Shown: positions 1-11,329 of the stretch, piece by piece | How positions within the stretch are numbered: position 1 is the first letter of the stretch | How the letters are laid out: every line of letters starts with the position of its first letter | Assembly: GCA_002269645.1 (NCBI GenBank) | Contig: NIVC01002986.1 | Coordinates: 1 to 64,000, forward strand | Direction: 5' to 3' | Source: Macrostomum lignano | Taxonomy: Eukaryota | DNA length: 64,000 bases | The notes under the pieces: model-generated | Told to the model about the DNA's origin: nothing | The model's input: only the letters and a program-made list of their open reading frames with translations | Databases searched by the model: none | Made by a program: the position numbers and the translations under genes

Positions 1-668
1 CATGTATTTTGTCTGGAAAATAGCAAGAAAAAAGATTTATAGCTACTTGGCATGGGTAGATAGCCAAGAAAAAAGCTATTTAAATCATGTTATGGCTTGT
101 GTTTTTGTAGTTTATTAAGACACCATGAAAATATCATGAGAATATTTTTGATAAAAAGATGGGCATTACTAGTCATTAAACTCTTCATTAAACAAAATAT
201 TTTTGATTTCTTAAAGATTAGACCCTAACATTTTTCAACCACCAATTTTCTTTCAACATTTCTCAATGTGTTTCCTTGCAAAGTACTATGATATATGATT
301 GCAAATTGTTTTTGAAATGCTATAGGTAGATAAGCAATGAAGTTCCAATGCTCTTTGAAATGTATTGCAATGCTTCCACTTGCACAAGCTTTGTGCTTAT
401 CACCACACAAGAAAGGAAATCTGGTGCAAATGCATAGATTTTCAAAAGATGACACTGCAGCAAAGTGCTGGCAGTAGCTACTAGAGCTGGATATTCACTT
501 GCAAACAGTTAAATTATAGGGCCTACATGTGTGCAGCTTGCACTTGATGGATGAGGCCTACAATTGCTTTACAAAGTGCCACAAACAAGACACCCATATT
601 TGCTAGGATGCAATCCAATACCAAGAGCTTGTGCTACCTTGCTTATTTGATTAGACCAGCTACTATCT

Positions 669-1447
669 GTGCAAGGGACTGATAAAGAGCTGGACAACAT
701 TTACCCTCTAATGCTAGAGCCAATTAGCAATCTGCCTGTAGCCAAGCCTGCAACCTGCCAGCTACCACTGCTATGGCAAAGCAACTATCAGCTACCAGAT
801 GCTGTGCAAAGAACAGCTGTTGCGACTGAGAGCTCTCACCTTTGCAGCCAATTCCAAGTGAAAGAGGCAATAATAAAGTGGCTGCAGAAGCTATTCTTGA
901 GGGACAAGGCTAGTGCAATGCAGGCATGCATCCATGACAGTGTGGCTAGGGGCAGCTTCTAATAGTCAACTGGACACTTGCAGTCAAGGGCTATGCTAGT
1001 CAAAGGATGCCATCAATAGATCATTGCAGCTGCACCACAAGAGTTTTGTTGCTTATTGGCTGTTACTGGGGATTGCTTTTGCAAGACGACAACAATGCTA
1101 CAACTAGTGACCTAACACCATCAAATAAAGCCTCTGGCAGCAACTCCAATGAAGCAGCTATCATGCTATTGCACAAACTGATAGAAGACTAAATTACTGA
1201 CCAAGGCAATGCAGTACTAAACAAGGCCACTGAATATCTTGCTGGCTGTGTGCTTAAAATAAGTGGTATATTGGACTGCATCAACTACAAAGTTTCAGAT
1301 CTGTCTAGCTATTACATGCAACATTATAGTCATTATCTGGCCCACATAGTCATTAGCCTCATACACCTTTTGTTCGTGGCTTTGGGTGAGTTCTGCAAGA
1401 TGGAGGCTGCTTTCATAGCATTATTTCCCAGTTTTACTTGTAGCTAA
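669..1447 (+). pseudogene. Possible decayed P-element/THAP9-like transposase C-terminal remnant
   Basis: The frame spanning 1007-1447 (one stop at 1190-1192) reads ...NKATEYLAGCVLKISGILDCINYK...ISLIHLLFVALGEFCKMEAAF, reminiscent of the YxAGYV..CxxC...GLxxPS...ExxF region of P-like transposases. The region is almost devoid of CpG. Recognition is by eye only. Confidence 0.2.
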
Positions 1448-3505
1448 ACAATTGGCTGCTGTGTTCATAGCTGCAGCAGTTGCATCATTAGCATGCAGCT
1501 TACATACTACACATGTGTAATGTCAAATATGCAGCATGTTTGCATGGTTTCAACTGCATCATTGGCACCCTTACAAGATAAAAAGCCTATAAGCAAAGGC
1601 AAGCAAAATCAGCACATTAAAAAAGTTTCACAAATTGACAAACTGATTAATTGATAAGAAATCTTTCTATTTAGCTATATGAATATCATGTATATAATAT
1701 CTCATATTTGCTAAATATAGTTAAATATAACAATATAGCCTTCAATGCAATCTAAAGCATTTAAACTGCTGCTTTTAACTGTGGAAAATATAATTATAAG
1801 TTTATATTTGCATATAAAGTCATAATGTAGAAGCGGTTACTGTTTTCTAGGAAACCTTATTTCTAAAATTACGCAAAAACTATGTTTTGTTTTAATTTGC
1901 AAAATATTCCTAATATTTTACGTTTGTTATAAATATACACAGTCGAGATGGTATAAATAGGAGCGAAGTTGGAGGTAGGAAAATTAACACTCGTTCAATA
2001 GCTATAAGCTCAAATGTGTTCAATAAATTGTTCTCAGATCATTATTCATTTCTAAGAGTATTGTAAAGAAAGTTGGAGGTTGCAATCGGGATTCATGCAA
2101 AGAGTAGTACCAAGAGTAATTGCTGTGACCCTCTAATCTCGGTAACGCCCAGACTAGAGAGAGAAAGTACATATACCAGTAAGACCGCTCAGGCCATACA
2201 TGTATACTAAGAATGCTACCAGACTAATACATAAGACGCTACCAGACTAATACATAAAAACGCTACCAGCATATCCAAATGAAATTCTAAGAAACAGTTA
2301 GAAATAGGCCTACCAAAGGCAGAATTTAGTACCAGCAGTATAAATTCTAGAGAGAGCTAAAAGGCCTAGTACAACTTTGGTGGCAATAGTGGGATAATTG
2401 GAGGACAGAAGTAAGCCCTGCAACAACTTTGGTTACAGCGGTAGGATTTGGTATTGTACGGGAACACCCCTAGCACAATAATACAATTGCAGCATTGTAC
2501 TCATTGGTTCTAGTTTTTAAAATATAAAAAACACTAAAATGTTTATATTACTACTAAGCAAAGAATAGAATAAAATGTGTATGAAAATTAATTAGAATGG
2601 CCTATCTAGTGTTGATAATATATATAGATAAAACTAATCTATCAATTTTATCGTAGACTGCAATCTATCAATTTTCTCTCTATGAACTTCTTCATGGCAA
2701 CTGATTCTCAAACCAAAATTGGTTCGGATTTCCAATAAAAAAGCAGTATAACTATTTAACTTTGTTGAAGTAGTTTGTTGAAGTTGTTGAAGAAGTAGTT
2801 AGTAGTGAATTCGTTGTTTGGCTGCCTTAACAGCCTCACTTTGCACAATTTTTTACTTTCTTCTTGGCTATTGCCATTTAATAATCACAATTTTAAAGCA
2901 CTAATATCCCTCTAGTTTAGAAGACAGAAAGTTATACTTTACAAATTGGTTCTGGTTCTAGAACTAGAACAATATGAAGAGCCTTTATGAAACTAAAATT
3001 TATGAGTAGGCCCCTATAAAAATCCTTTCAATAAAACTAAAAACTATAAAAACATTTCTATGAAACTGAAATCCATCAGTGCCAATTAGCATTGCACCTC
3101 AATCTAGCCTTGCCAAGCCTCCAAATTCTATTAATGTGTCAACTACATATGTCTGCATTTGCACTTTGTTGGTCACTGGCCTTCACCTAGGTCATTTCTA
3201 GACCTTCAACAGGTGGCACCAGGTGACTATAAATATACTGTTACAAAATTCTTTAGTTTTGCCAATCAAGCTTCAATAATAGGCAACTGCCTCAACTGCT
3301 TCAACTGCTAGACATGCTCAGCTAGTTGCTTAAGTATTCTGTTATTAACCCAATGTCAATGCCAAAGGCATGCATCAATTACCTTGATAGAAAGTTTATA
3401 GTGCTTATTTGTTAATAGGTTTGCTCATTGTTTTGCAAGTAGCATTCCCATGAGGCACTGACAAGCTAGAGAAGACTAGACAAAAATCCTATATACTAAA
3501 AATGG

Positions 3506-3515
3506 TCTGTCTATG

Positions 3516-3556
<41 letters not shown>

Positions 3557-3700
3557 GTGATCGATTAGAGAAAAAATGGCTGGACCGATTTTCTTCGAAC
3601 TTGCACCATTCGATCAGAAATTTTCCCGTGACGGTACATGCATCTTGGCTAAGAAATTGCTCCATGTTAAAGCGATTAAATATTCGAAAAACATGCTTTT
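3506..3700 (+). mobile_element. (TCTA)n microsatellite followed by a Helitron/Helentron-like non-autonomous segment
   Basis: A (TCTA)n tract at 3506-3556 is directly followed by aaaatggctggaccgattttcttcgaacttgcac, which resembles the ggctggaccgatt...aaa(c/t)tt motif after the microsatellite in microsatellite-carrying non-autonomous Helitron-type elements. No termini were identified. Confidence 0.3.
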
Positions 3701-4020
3701 TTGCAAAGGTCAAGCAAACTTTTCGACTTGAAATGCATTGTAATAATGCTAGAGAAAAAACTGACTGGTTGAATTCTGATTCTGAAATAGATTGCATCAT
3801 AACTGAATTGTAACTCCAACTTGAATTGCGTCACAGTATTGAAAATGCAGTGTGGAAGCGTAGCACCAGACTTGATTTAGATTGCGTAACCATATTCTCA
3901 ACTTTAATTGAGACTGATACTGACTTGCCTGGGAAATTGATTATGTCATAACTGCTTCGTGAGTGAGTGTTGAATTATATGTGAGTGTTGATTTATAAAT
4001 TCGATAAGAGCTAGCCTAGA

Positions 4021-4073
4021 TGTGAACAGACTGGACTGCAAATGCAGCGACCTGGGTTCGAATCTTAGTAGTG
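4021..4073 (+). mobile_element. tRNA-derived SINE-like head (copy 1)
   Basis: ggactgcaaatgcagcgacctgggttcgaatc contains a B-box (GGTTCGAATC) and a tRNA-like anticodon/T arm. A near-identical copy lies at 7902-7955. Confidence 0.4.
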
Positions 4074-4122
4074 AAAAGTTTTTTATTAAAAGCTTTTATT
4101 CAAGGACAAATAAAGGACAAAA

Positions 4123-5950
4123 GGCGTCATGTAAAAAATCATTGAAGCGTCATGTAAAAAATCATAGAAGCGTCATGAAACAATCATAGAAGCATCATGT
4201 AAAAATCATAGAAGCGTCATGTAAACAATCATAGAAGCGTCATTTAAAAAATCATTGAAGCGTCATGTAAAAATCATAGAAGCGTCATGTAAACAATCAT
4301 TGAATCGTCATGAAACAATCATAGAAGCGTCATGAAACAATCATAGAAGCGTCATGTAAACAATCATAGAAGCGTCATGTAAACAATCATAGAAGCGTCA
4401 TGTAAAAAGCATAGAAGCGTCATGTAAAAAGCATAGAAACGTCATATAAAACTCATAGAAGCGTCATGTAAAAAAATCATAGAAGCGTCATGTAAACAAT
4501 CATAGAAGCGTAATGTAAAAAAATCATAGAAGCGTCATGTAAACAATCATAGAAGCGTCCTATAAAAATCATAGAAGCGTCATGTAAAAAATCATAGAAG
4601 CGTCATGTAAACAATCATAGAAGCGTCATGTAAACCATCATAGAAGCGTCATGTAAACAATCATAGAAGCGTCATGTAAAAATCATAGAAGTGTCATGTA
4701 AAAAATCATAGAAGCGTCATGTAAAAAATCATAGAAGCGTCATGTAAAAAATCATAGAAGCGTCATGTAAAAATCATAGAAGTGTCATATAAACAATCAT
4801 AGAAGCGTCATGTAAAAAATCATAGAAGCGTCATTTAAAAAATCATTGAAGCGTCATGTAAAAAATCATAGAAGCGTCATGTAAACAATCATAGAAGCGT
4901 CATGAAACAATCATAGAAGCGTCATGAAACAATCATAGAAGCGTCATGTAAACAATCATAGAAGCGTCATGTAAACAATCATAGAAGCGTCATGTAAAAA
5001 GCATAGAAACGTCATATAAAACTCATAGAAGCGTCATGTAAAAAAATCATAGAAGCGTCATGTAAACAATCATAGAAGCGTAATGTAAAAAAATCATAGA
5101 AGCGTCATGTAAACAATCATAGAAGCGTCCTATAAAAATCATAGAAGCGTCATGTAAACAATCATAGAATCGTCATGTAAACCATCATAGAAGCGTCATG
5201 TAAACAATCATAGAAGCGTCATGTAAAAATCATAGAAGTGTCATATAAAAAATCATAGAAGCGTCATGTAAAAATCATAGAAGCGTCATGTAAAAATCAT
5301 AGAAGCGTCATGTAAACAATCATAGAAGCGTCATATAAAACTCATAGAAGCGTCATTTAAAAAAATCATAGAAGCGTCATGTAAACATCATAGAAGCGTA
5401 ATGTAAAAAATCATAGAAGCGTCATGTAAAAATCATAGAAGTGTCATGTAAACAATTATAGAAGCGTCATGTAAACAATCATAGAAGCGTCATGAAAAAA
5501 TCATAGAAGCGTCATGTAAACAATCATCGAAGCGTCATCTAAAAAGTCATAGAAGCGTCATGTAAACAATCATAGAAGCGTCATGTAAACAATCATAGAA
5601 GCGTCATGAAAAAATCATAGAAGCGTCATGTAAACAATCATCGAAGCGTCATCTAAAAAGTCATAGAAGCGTCATGTAAACAATCATAGAAGCGTCATGT
5701 AAACAATCATAGAAGCGTCATGAAAAAATCATAGAAGCGTCATGTAAACAATCATCGAAGCGTCATCTAAAAAGTCATAGAAGCGTCATGTAAAAAATCA
5801 TAGAAGCGTCATGTAAACAATCATAGAAGCGTCAAGAAAAAATCATAGAAGCCTCATTAAAAACTAATGAAAGTGTCATTTAAAAAATTAAGAAGCATCA
5901 TGGTAGAATAAAAGAAGCGTCATGTCAGACATGAAGGGTGTCATGTAAAA
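4123..5950. repeat. Minisatellite, ~20-22 bp unit (agaagcgtcatgtaaa(a/c)aatcat)
   Basis: Dozens of tandem copies are directly visible. An internal block duplication is present (aaaagcatagaaacgtcatataaaactc at ~4427 and ~4997). The array degenerates after ~5830. Confidence 0.97.
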
Positions 5951-5959
5951 ATTAAATGA

Positions 5960-7100
5960 AGCTATAGTGCTGGGCTAGGGAGAAAAACTGAGACGTCAAG
6001 GCTCACAAAGAATAACTGAGATTACGGGGGTGGGGTTTCTGAGATGTCAAAGCAAAAGTCAGAAGCTACTTCAAAGTTCATCTACTTTACTCAATTTTTT
6101 ATTACATTCTTTGTTGGCTCGCCACAGGGGGGGCGCTGATAGAAGAAGAGTCATGTAAAAAATAAAAGTAGCACTATGTATATGTAAAAGAAGAGTCATG
6201 TCGAAGTTAAAAGATTCCTTTGGGAATTGCTACGATGTCAAAGCTTGGTGGAAATCGTTATAGTGCTGTGATTCTTAAAGAAGGAATCACTAAAATGTCA
6301 AGGCTTAGGGGAGAAGAATTGCTGAGATTACAAGACTTTAGGTTGGGTTAAAGTTAGGTTTAGGTCAGGTTTGGGTTGAGGGTTATATCTTATCGGGTTT
6401 CAAGGTTAGCGGGGGTTTTTAGATTTCAAGGTTTATGGGGGCCATCGCTGACATGTCAAGGCTTACGAGGGGAATAGCTGACATGTCAAGGCTCACGGGG
6501 GTATAAATGAGATTTCAAGGCTAAAGTCAGAAGCTACATGTAGTTTATTGAAAACTTTTTATTACATTATTTGATGCCTCCTCAGGGAAGGGATCGCTGA
6601 TAAAAAAAGCGTAATGTAAAAAATAAAAGAAGCTTCATGTCGAAGTGAAGAGATGCATTTGGGAATCCCTACGATGTTGAGGCTTGCAGGGAATCGCTAT
6701 AATGCTGTAGTAGTGCAATAATGACTCTTAGAGAGAATTACTGAAATGTCAATGCTTTAGGGTTAGGTTAGGGTTAGGGTTAGGTTAGGGTTAGGGCTAG
6801 GGTTAGGGTTAGGTTAGGGTTAGGGCTAGGGTTAGGTTAGGGTTAGGGCTAGGGTTAGGGTTAGGGTTAGGCTAGGGTTAGGGTTAGAAGGTTGACAGAT
6901 ATTTTTAGATTTCCAAGGCTTATTGGGGGCATTGCTGAGATGTCAAGGGGGGAAGTTGATATGTTAAAGCTTGTGGGGGGGGAATTACTGACATTTCAAG
7001 GCTGACAAGTTTTGACAGGAGATTTTTTAAGATTTCAAGGATACATGTAGCTTATTAAAAAAACGTGTATTGCATTTCTTTGGCTCCCCAACGGGGGCGT
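5960..7100. repeat. Degenerate ~470-500 bp modular repeat with ctgagatgtcaagg subunits
   Basis: The agtcagaagctac...ttttttattacatt block recurs at ~6056 and ~6526, with a weaker copy at ~7040. ctga(g/c)at(g/t)tcaagg subunits are scattered throughout. Confidence 0.6.
6757..6887 (+). repeat. Interstitial telomere-like (TTAGGG)n tract with TTAGG/CTAGGG variants
   Basis: About 130 bp of ttagggttaggttagggttagggctaggg. A shorter degenerate G-rich tract lies at 6337-6385. Confidence 0.9.
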
Positions 7101-7901
7101 AGATTGCTAGTAATGTATCTAAATGTACTACCTTCTTCAACTAAGTTGACAACATTTACAAGCTAGGCTTAGAACTGAACAATATTGGCCTTTTACTGAC
7201 AAATTTCTAATATAAACTGCAAAAAAATTCTATACAAAGCATCAAACAAATAAAATTTTAATGCCAAATAGAACTTAAAAAGGATATTGGTATTGAACTA
7301 GCAAAAATGCAAGAAAAGCTCATTTAAAAAAATAATGAATGATATTTACAGTAACAAAAAATCTGTAGCCTATCTATAGCAACAATGAACTTGGCTAATT
7401 AGAGCTGTTTGTAAGCATCTAGAATTTTTATTAAATATCCTAGATAGGGCCTAGGGTTACACAAGTTAAATAGAGTAATTATCTCTGCTAGTGGGGCACG
7501 GTGAGTTTTCTTATCATTTGGCTCTGGTGCAATCATTAAAATTGGCTACAAAGTCTTTTGCTACATATAAGTTAATAAGAAATACATCATTAAGAAAGCC
7601 CATTTAAAGTAGTTTTTCAAATATTTAATCCTTTTAGCAATGAGCTAGAGCCTACTAAAAATATATATTGTCATAAGCACATTTGACATCTTTTGACAAA
7701 GAAATAACAAAATTGGTTGAGCCTTGGCTTTATAGAGATAATTGATTGCACACAAGCATACAATTTTTTTATTTTAGGCCTAGTTTACTAGATTTAACTA
7801 CCAAGCCAAGGGTTGCATTAAAGGAAAATCAAGGCAGCTTTTTAAAATGTTAAAACATTGCATTATGAAAACTCTCTTTTTACTACTGATGCTCATGCTC
7901 A

Positions 7902-7955
7902 TGCGAACAGACTGGAACTGCTAATGTAGCAACCTGGGTTCAAATCTTAGTAGTG
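7902..7955 (+). mobile_element. tRNA-derived SINE-like head (copy 2)
   Basis: gcgaacagactggaactgctaatgtagcaacctgggttcaaatcttagtagtg aligns with 4021-4073. Two of the differences are CG to CA changes. Confidence 0.4.
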
Positions 7956-7974
7956 CAAAATGACACCCTTAAAA

Positions 7975-8385
7975 CACAAAATGCTAAACATAAAAGAAGC
8001 GCAATGTCAAACATAAAAGAGTCACCATGTCAAACATAAAACTGCCACCATGTCAAATATAAAACAGCCACCATGTAATTGTAAGACATAAACGAGCCAC
8101 CATATCAAACATAAAAGAGCTACCATGTCAAAAAATTATTGAGCCACCATGTCAAACATAAAAAAGACACCATTTCAAATGTAAAAGGGCCGCCATGTCA
8201 AACATAGAAGAGCCACCATGTCAAACACAAAAAAGCCACCATGTCAAACATTAAAAAGCCACCATGTTGAACATAAATGAGCCACCACGTCAAACATAAA
8301 AGCTACCATGTGAAACATAAAAGAGACACCGTTTCAAACATAAAGAAGTGTCATGCCAAACAAAATGGAGCCACTATAAAGCTAA
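7975..8385. repeat. Degenerate ~22-bp minisatellite (catgtcaaacataaaagagccac)
   Basis: About 17 diverged tandem copies are visible. Confidence 0.85.
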
Positions 8386-8427
8386 GGAAATTGTTGCGCT
8401 AGCTACTGCCTACTTGTTCCTTGGTGG

Positions 8428-8752
8428 GTGCTTGCTATTTAAGGATGGATACTTGCTATTAGGGGGGTGCTTGCTATCTGAGGGATGCTTACTATCTGAG
8501 GGATGCTTGCTATTGGGGCTGAGGGTACTTGCTATCTGAGAGGGGGTTGCTAGACATCTATAAGGTCTCTTCGTATCCAGGTTATGCTTGCTATCTGGGG
8601 TTGCTTGCTATCGGGGATGCTTGCTATCTAGGAAATGCTTGCAGTCTAGGGGATACTTGTTATCTGGGGTTGCTTGCTATCTGGAGAATGCTTGCTATCT
8701 AGGGGATGCTTGCTATCTAGGGGATGCTTGCTATCTGGGGAATGCTTGCAGT
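8428..8752. repeat. Degenerate 18-bp minisatellite (tgcttgctatctagggga)
   Basis: Tandem copies are visible. They account for the ORFs at 8348-8539 and 8588-8791. Confidence 0.85.
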
Positions 8753-9155
8753 TTCTTTCTGCAGAGGGCTAAAGGGGAGCTCTGCGGTTGAGTTCAAATC
8801 GGTGCCGTAAATTCTAGGAGTCTAAGTTAATTTAACCAAACTAGGGGTGCGTAGGGAGTTCCTTCCGCTCAAAGGGGTAGCTGTGTCATAGGTGACTGAT
8901 TGAATTAAGATGACGCCGTCTTTTATAATGCCGAACAGACAGGGTTTAATGTGAGCCGATACGGAGACTTAAGTCTAAAAATGAACAAATATATATTCAC
9001 TGCCACCACGTGGTAATACACGAAGAAACGCCCTAAGACTTGATTAGCTAGAATTAGTCTGAGAACTCTCCTTGATTCAAATAAATCGCTAAGGATCAGA
9101 TAGGTTCAGTAAATCCGAGGTCGATCACAACGTATTGGAAAAGGGTCCATGAGAA

Positions 9156-9671
9156 TTGCCCGAAATTAACGATCGGATTGCCCGCCGAGCTTTTCCCGCC
9201 GAGATTTGCCCGCAGTGCATTTTGCCCGTGAGTGAACTGTCCATGAAGGAGTTGGCCCGTCGAGTTTTTTCCCGCCGAGGTTTTCCCGAAATGCATGCTT
9301 TTTTCCTGCAGCGCATATTTAGCCACGCTGTGCAGATTTTGTCTGCATTGCCCCCAATGCTTAATAACCCCTAGTAATAAGATTTACCAGATCAAAACAT
9401 TTCGATAGTTACTGCATATCGATTGCATATTTTTCTTGTACATTTAGGTATGCAGTTCTATATATGCAAGAAGGGGTTACATCAGTGAGCTAATTAATGT
9501 ATATGCAATGTCGCTTTATTGTCCCCAAAATCTCTTTTAGGATTCACACGGTACTAAAGCATTGCAGGGGGGGGGCAATAATGCAGACAAATCTGACGCG
9601 TGGCTAAATTCGCTGCAGGAAAAAAGCATTTCTGGCAAACTTTGGCGGGAAAAAAACTCGACGGGCAACTC
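9156..9671. mobile_element. Foldback/MITE-like element with ~110-bp inverted arms
   Basis: The left arm 9249-9360 (gagttggcccgtcgagtttttcccgcc...cctgcagcgcatatttagccacgc...ctgcattgccccc) is the reverse complement of the right arm 9559-9671 (gcaataatgcagacaaatctgacgcgtggctaaattcgctgcagg...ggcgggaaaaaaactcgacgggcaactc). cccgccgag subrepeats extend left to ~9156. Confidence 0.75.
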
Positions 9672-9698
9672 GTCGAGCACCGCAGGTGCAGGGGATCC

Positions 9699-10358
9699 CT
9701 ATTTACATATTATTTTTACATACTATTTACTATGTATTACATACCTACATACGATTACATATTATTTTTACATATATTTACATATTTACATATTTACATA
9801 TTCAGATGCAGAGGGCCTGGCCTGGCCGCGGCGCAATTGCTCGGTCGGCCGGTGCAGCATGGCCATGCAGGGCCAAAGGGACGCGCATCGGGCGGCGCCG
9901 GCGCAGAGTAGCGCTCAGGGGCGGAGTTCCAGCGCGGGGCCATCAGAGCGTTGTTGGTCGCAGGCAATCCGGGTAGTGCACGCCCAGCGCGTAGCGCAGC
10001 AGCGATCGGTAAAGCGCATCCAAGGCTCGCTCTCGCGTTTCGATCGGCGGCACAGCGTCCATGCCGTACAGCAGGATCGGCTTAACGGCCGCGCGGAACA
10101 GGCGCACCTTCAGGTTGTCTCTGGCAGCTGAATTAAAAACGTTCCTGAGGGGGTGCGCAGCGCGCCAGGCCTGATTCCGATCTGTCGGAGACAATCGCAT
10201 CGAGGTCCATGCAAGGTAGAGGTCCATCACCTCGCTCACCAGCGCAGCAGGTAGCTACTCCATAATAAGATAAAAGCCACGCGATCGCAGGCCTAGACAC
10301 CGAGTCAAACGCCTTGCGAAAGTCGACGAAGATGATTGACACGGAGCGCTATTTACAT
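9699..10358 (-). mobile_element. 5'-truncated, internally deleted non-LTR retrotransposon (RTE-like) with tail and TSD
   Basis: The minus strand encodes SIIFVDFRKAFDSVSRPAIAWLLSYYG (RT motif DFxKAFD), joined to NLKVRLFRAAVKPILLYG...RSLLRYALGV (post-RT C-terminal region). An (ATGTAAAT)-like tail lies at ~9700-9805. A 10-bp direct repeat ctatttacat is at 9699-9708 and 10349-10358. Confidence 0.8.
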
Positions 10359-10384
10359 CTATATTTACTTGTACTTTTTATACA

Positions 10385-10439
10385 CAGTGAGCCAGTGAGG
10401 ATCAGTGAGCCAGTGAGCCAGTGAGCCAGTGAGCCAGTG
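10385..10439. repeat. (CAGTGAGC)n short tandem repeat
   Basis: About six copies are visible. Confidence 0.9.
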
Positions 10440-10471
10440 GATTTTTTACTTTTTATACACATAAAAATTTG

Positions 10472-11033
<562 letters not shown>

Positions 11034-11329
11034 TATATAATCTAGACTCTTATATGTACACATTTTTGCACACATGTGCATAGAATGCAGGCATGGAAAA
11101 TCCTAATATACGCATGTTTGGAAGAGACTCCTTGAGGCTGTACGCTACAGTTAGATTCGAGGTAGAGAATGAGGTCTGACAATTCTCAGCAATTCGACCG
11201 ACAAGCAAGGTAAGTGAAGAATCGCAGTCCTGATTGGTTCTGATGACCGTGGAGAAGCAGTTTAAATAGATACGCGAGGCAAAATTGACAGAATTTCCGA
11301 CTCCTCATTCGCGTCCGCATAAAGCACTC

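Noticed and set aside
4021-4073. Functional tRNA gene
   Set aside because: No complete cloverleaf or acceptor stem is present, so it is treated as a SINE-like head. The same applies to 56600-56663 and 59683-59755.
11210-11291. Possible 82-bp 5' UTR intron of the first GPCR (AAG|GTAAGT ... GACAG)
   Set aside because: There is no polypyrimidine tract, and the interval contains CCAAT- and TATA-like motifs equally consistent with a promoter. It cannot be resolved without transcripts.
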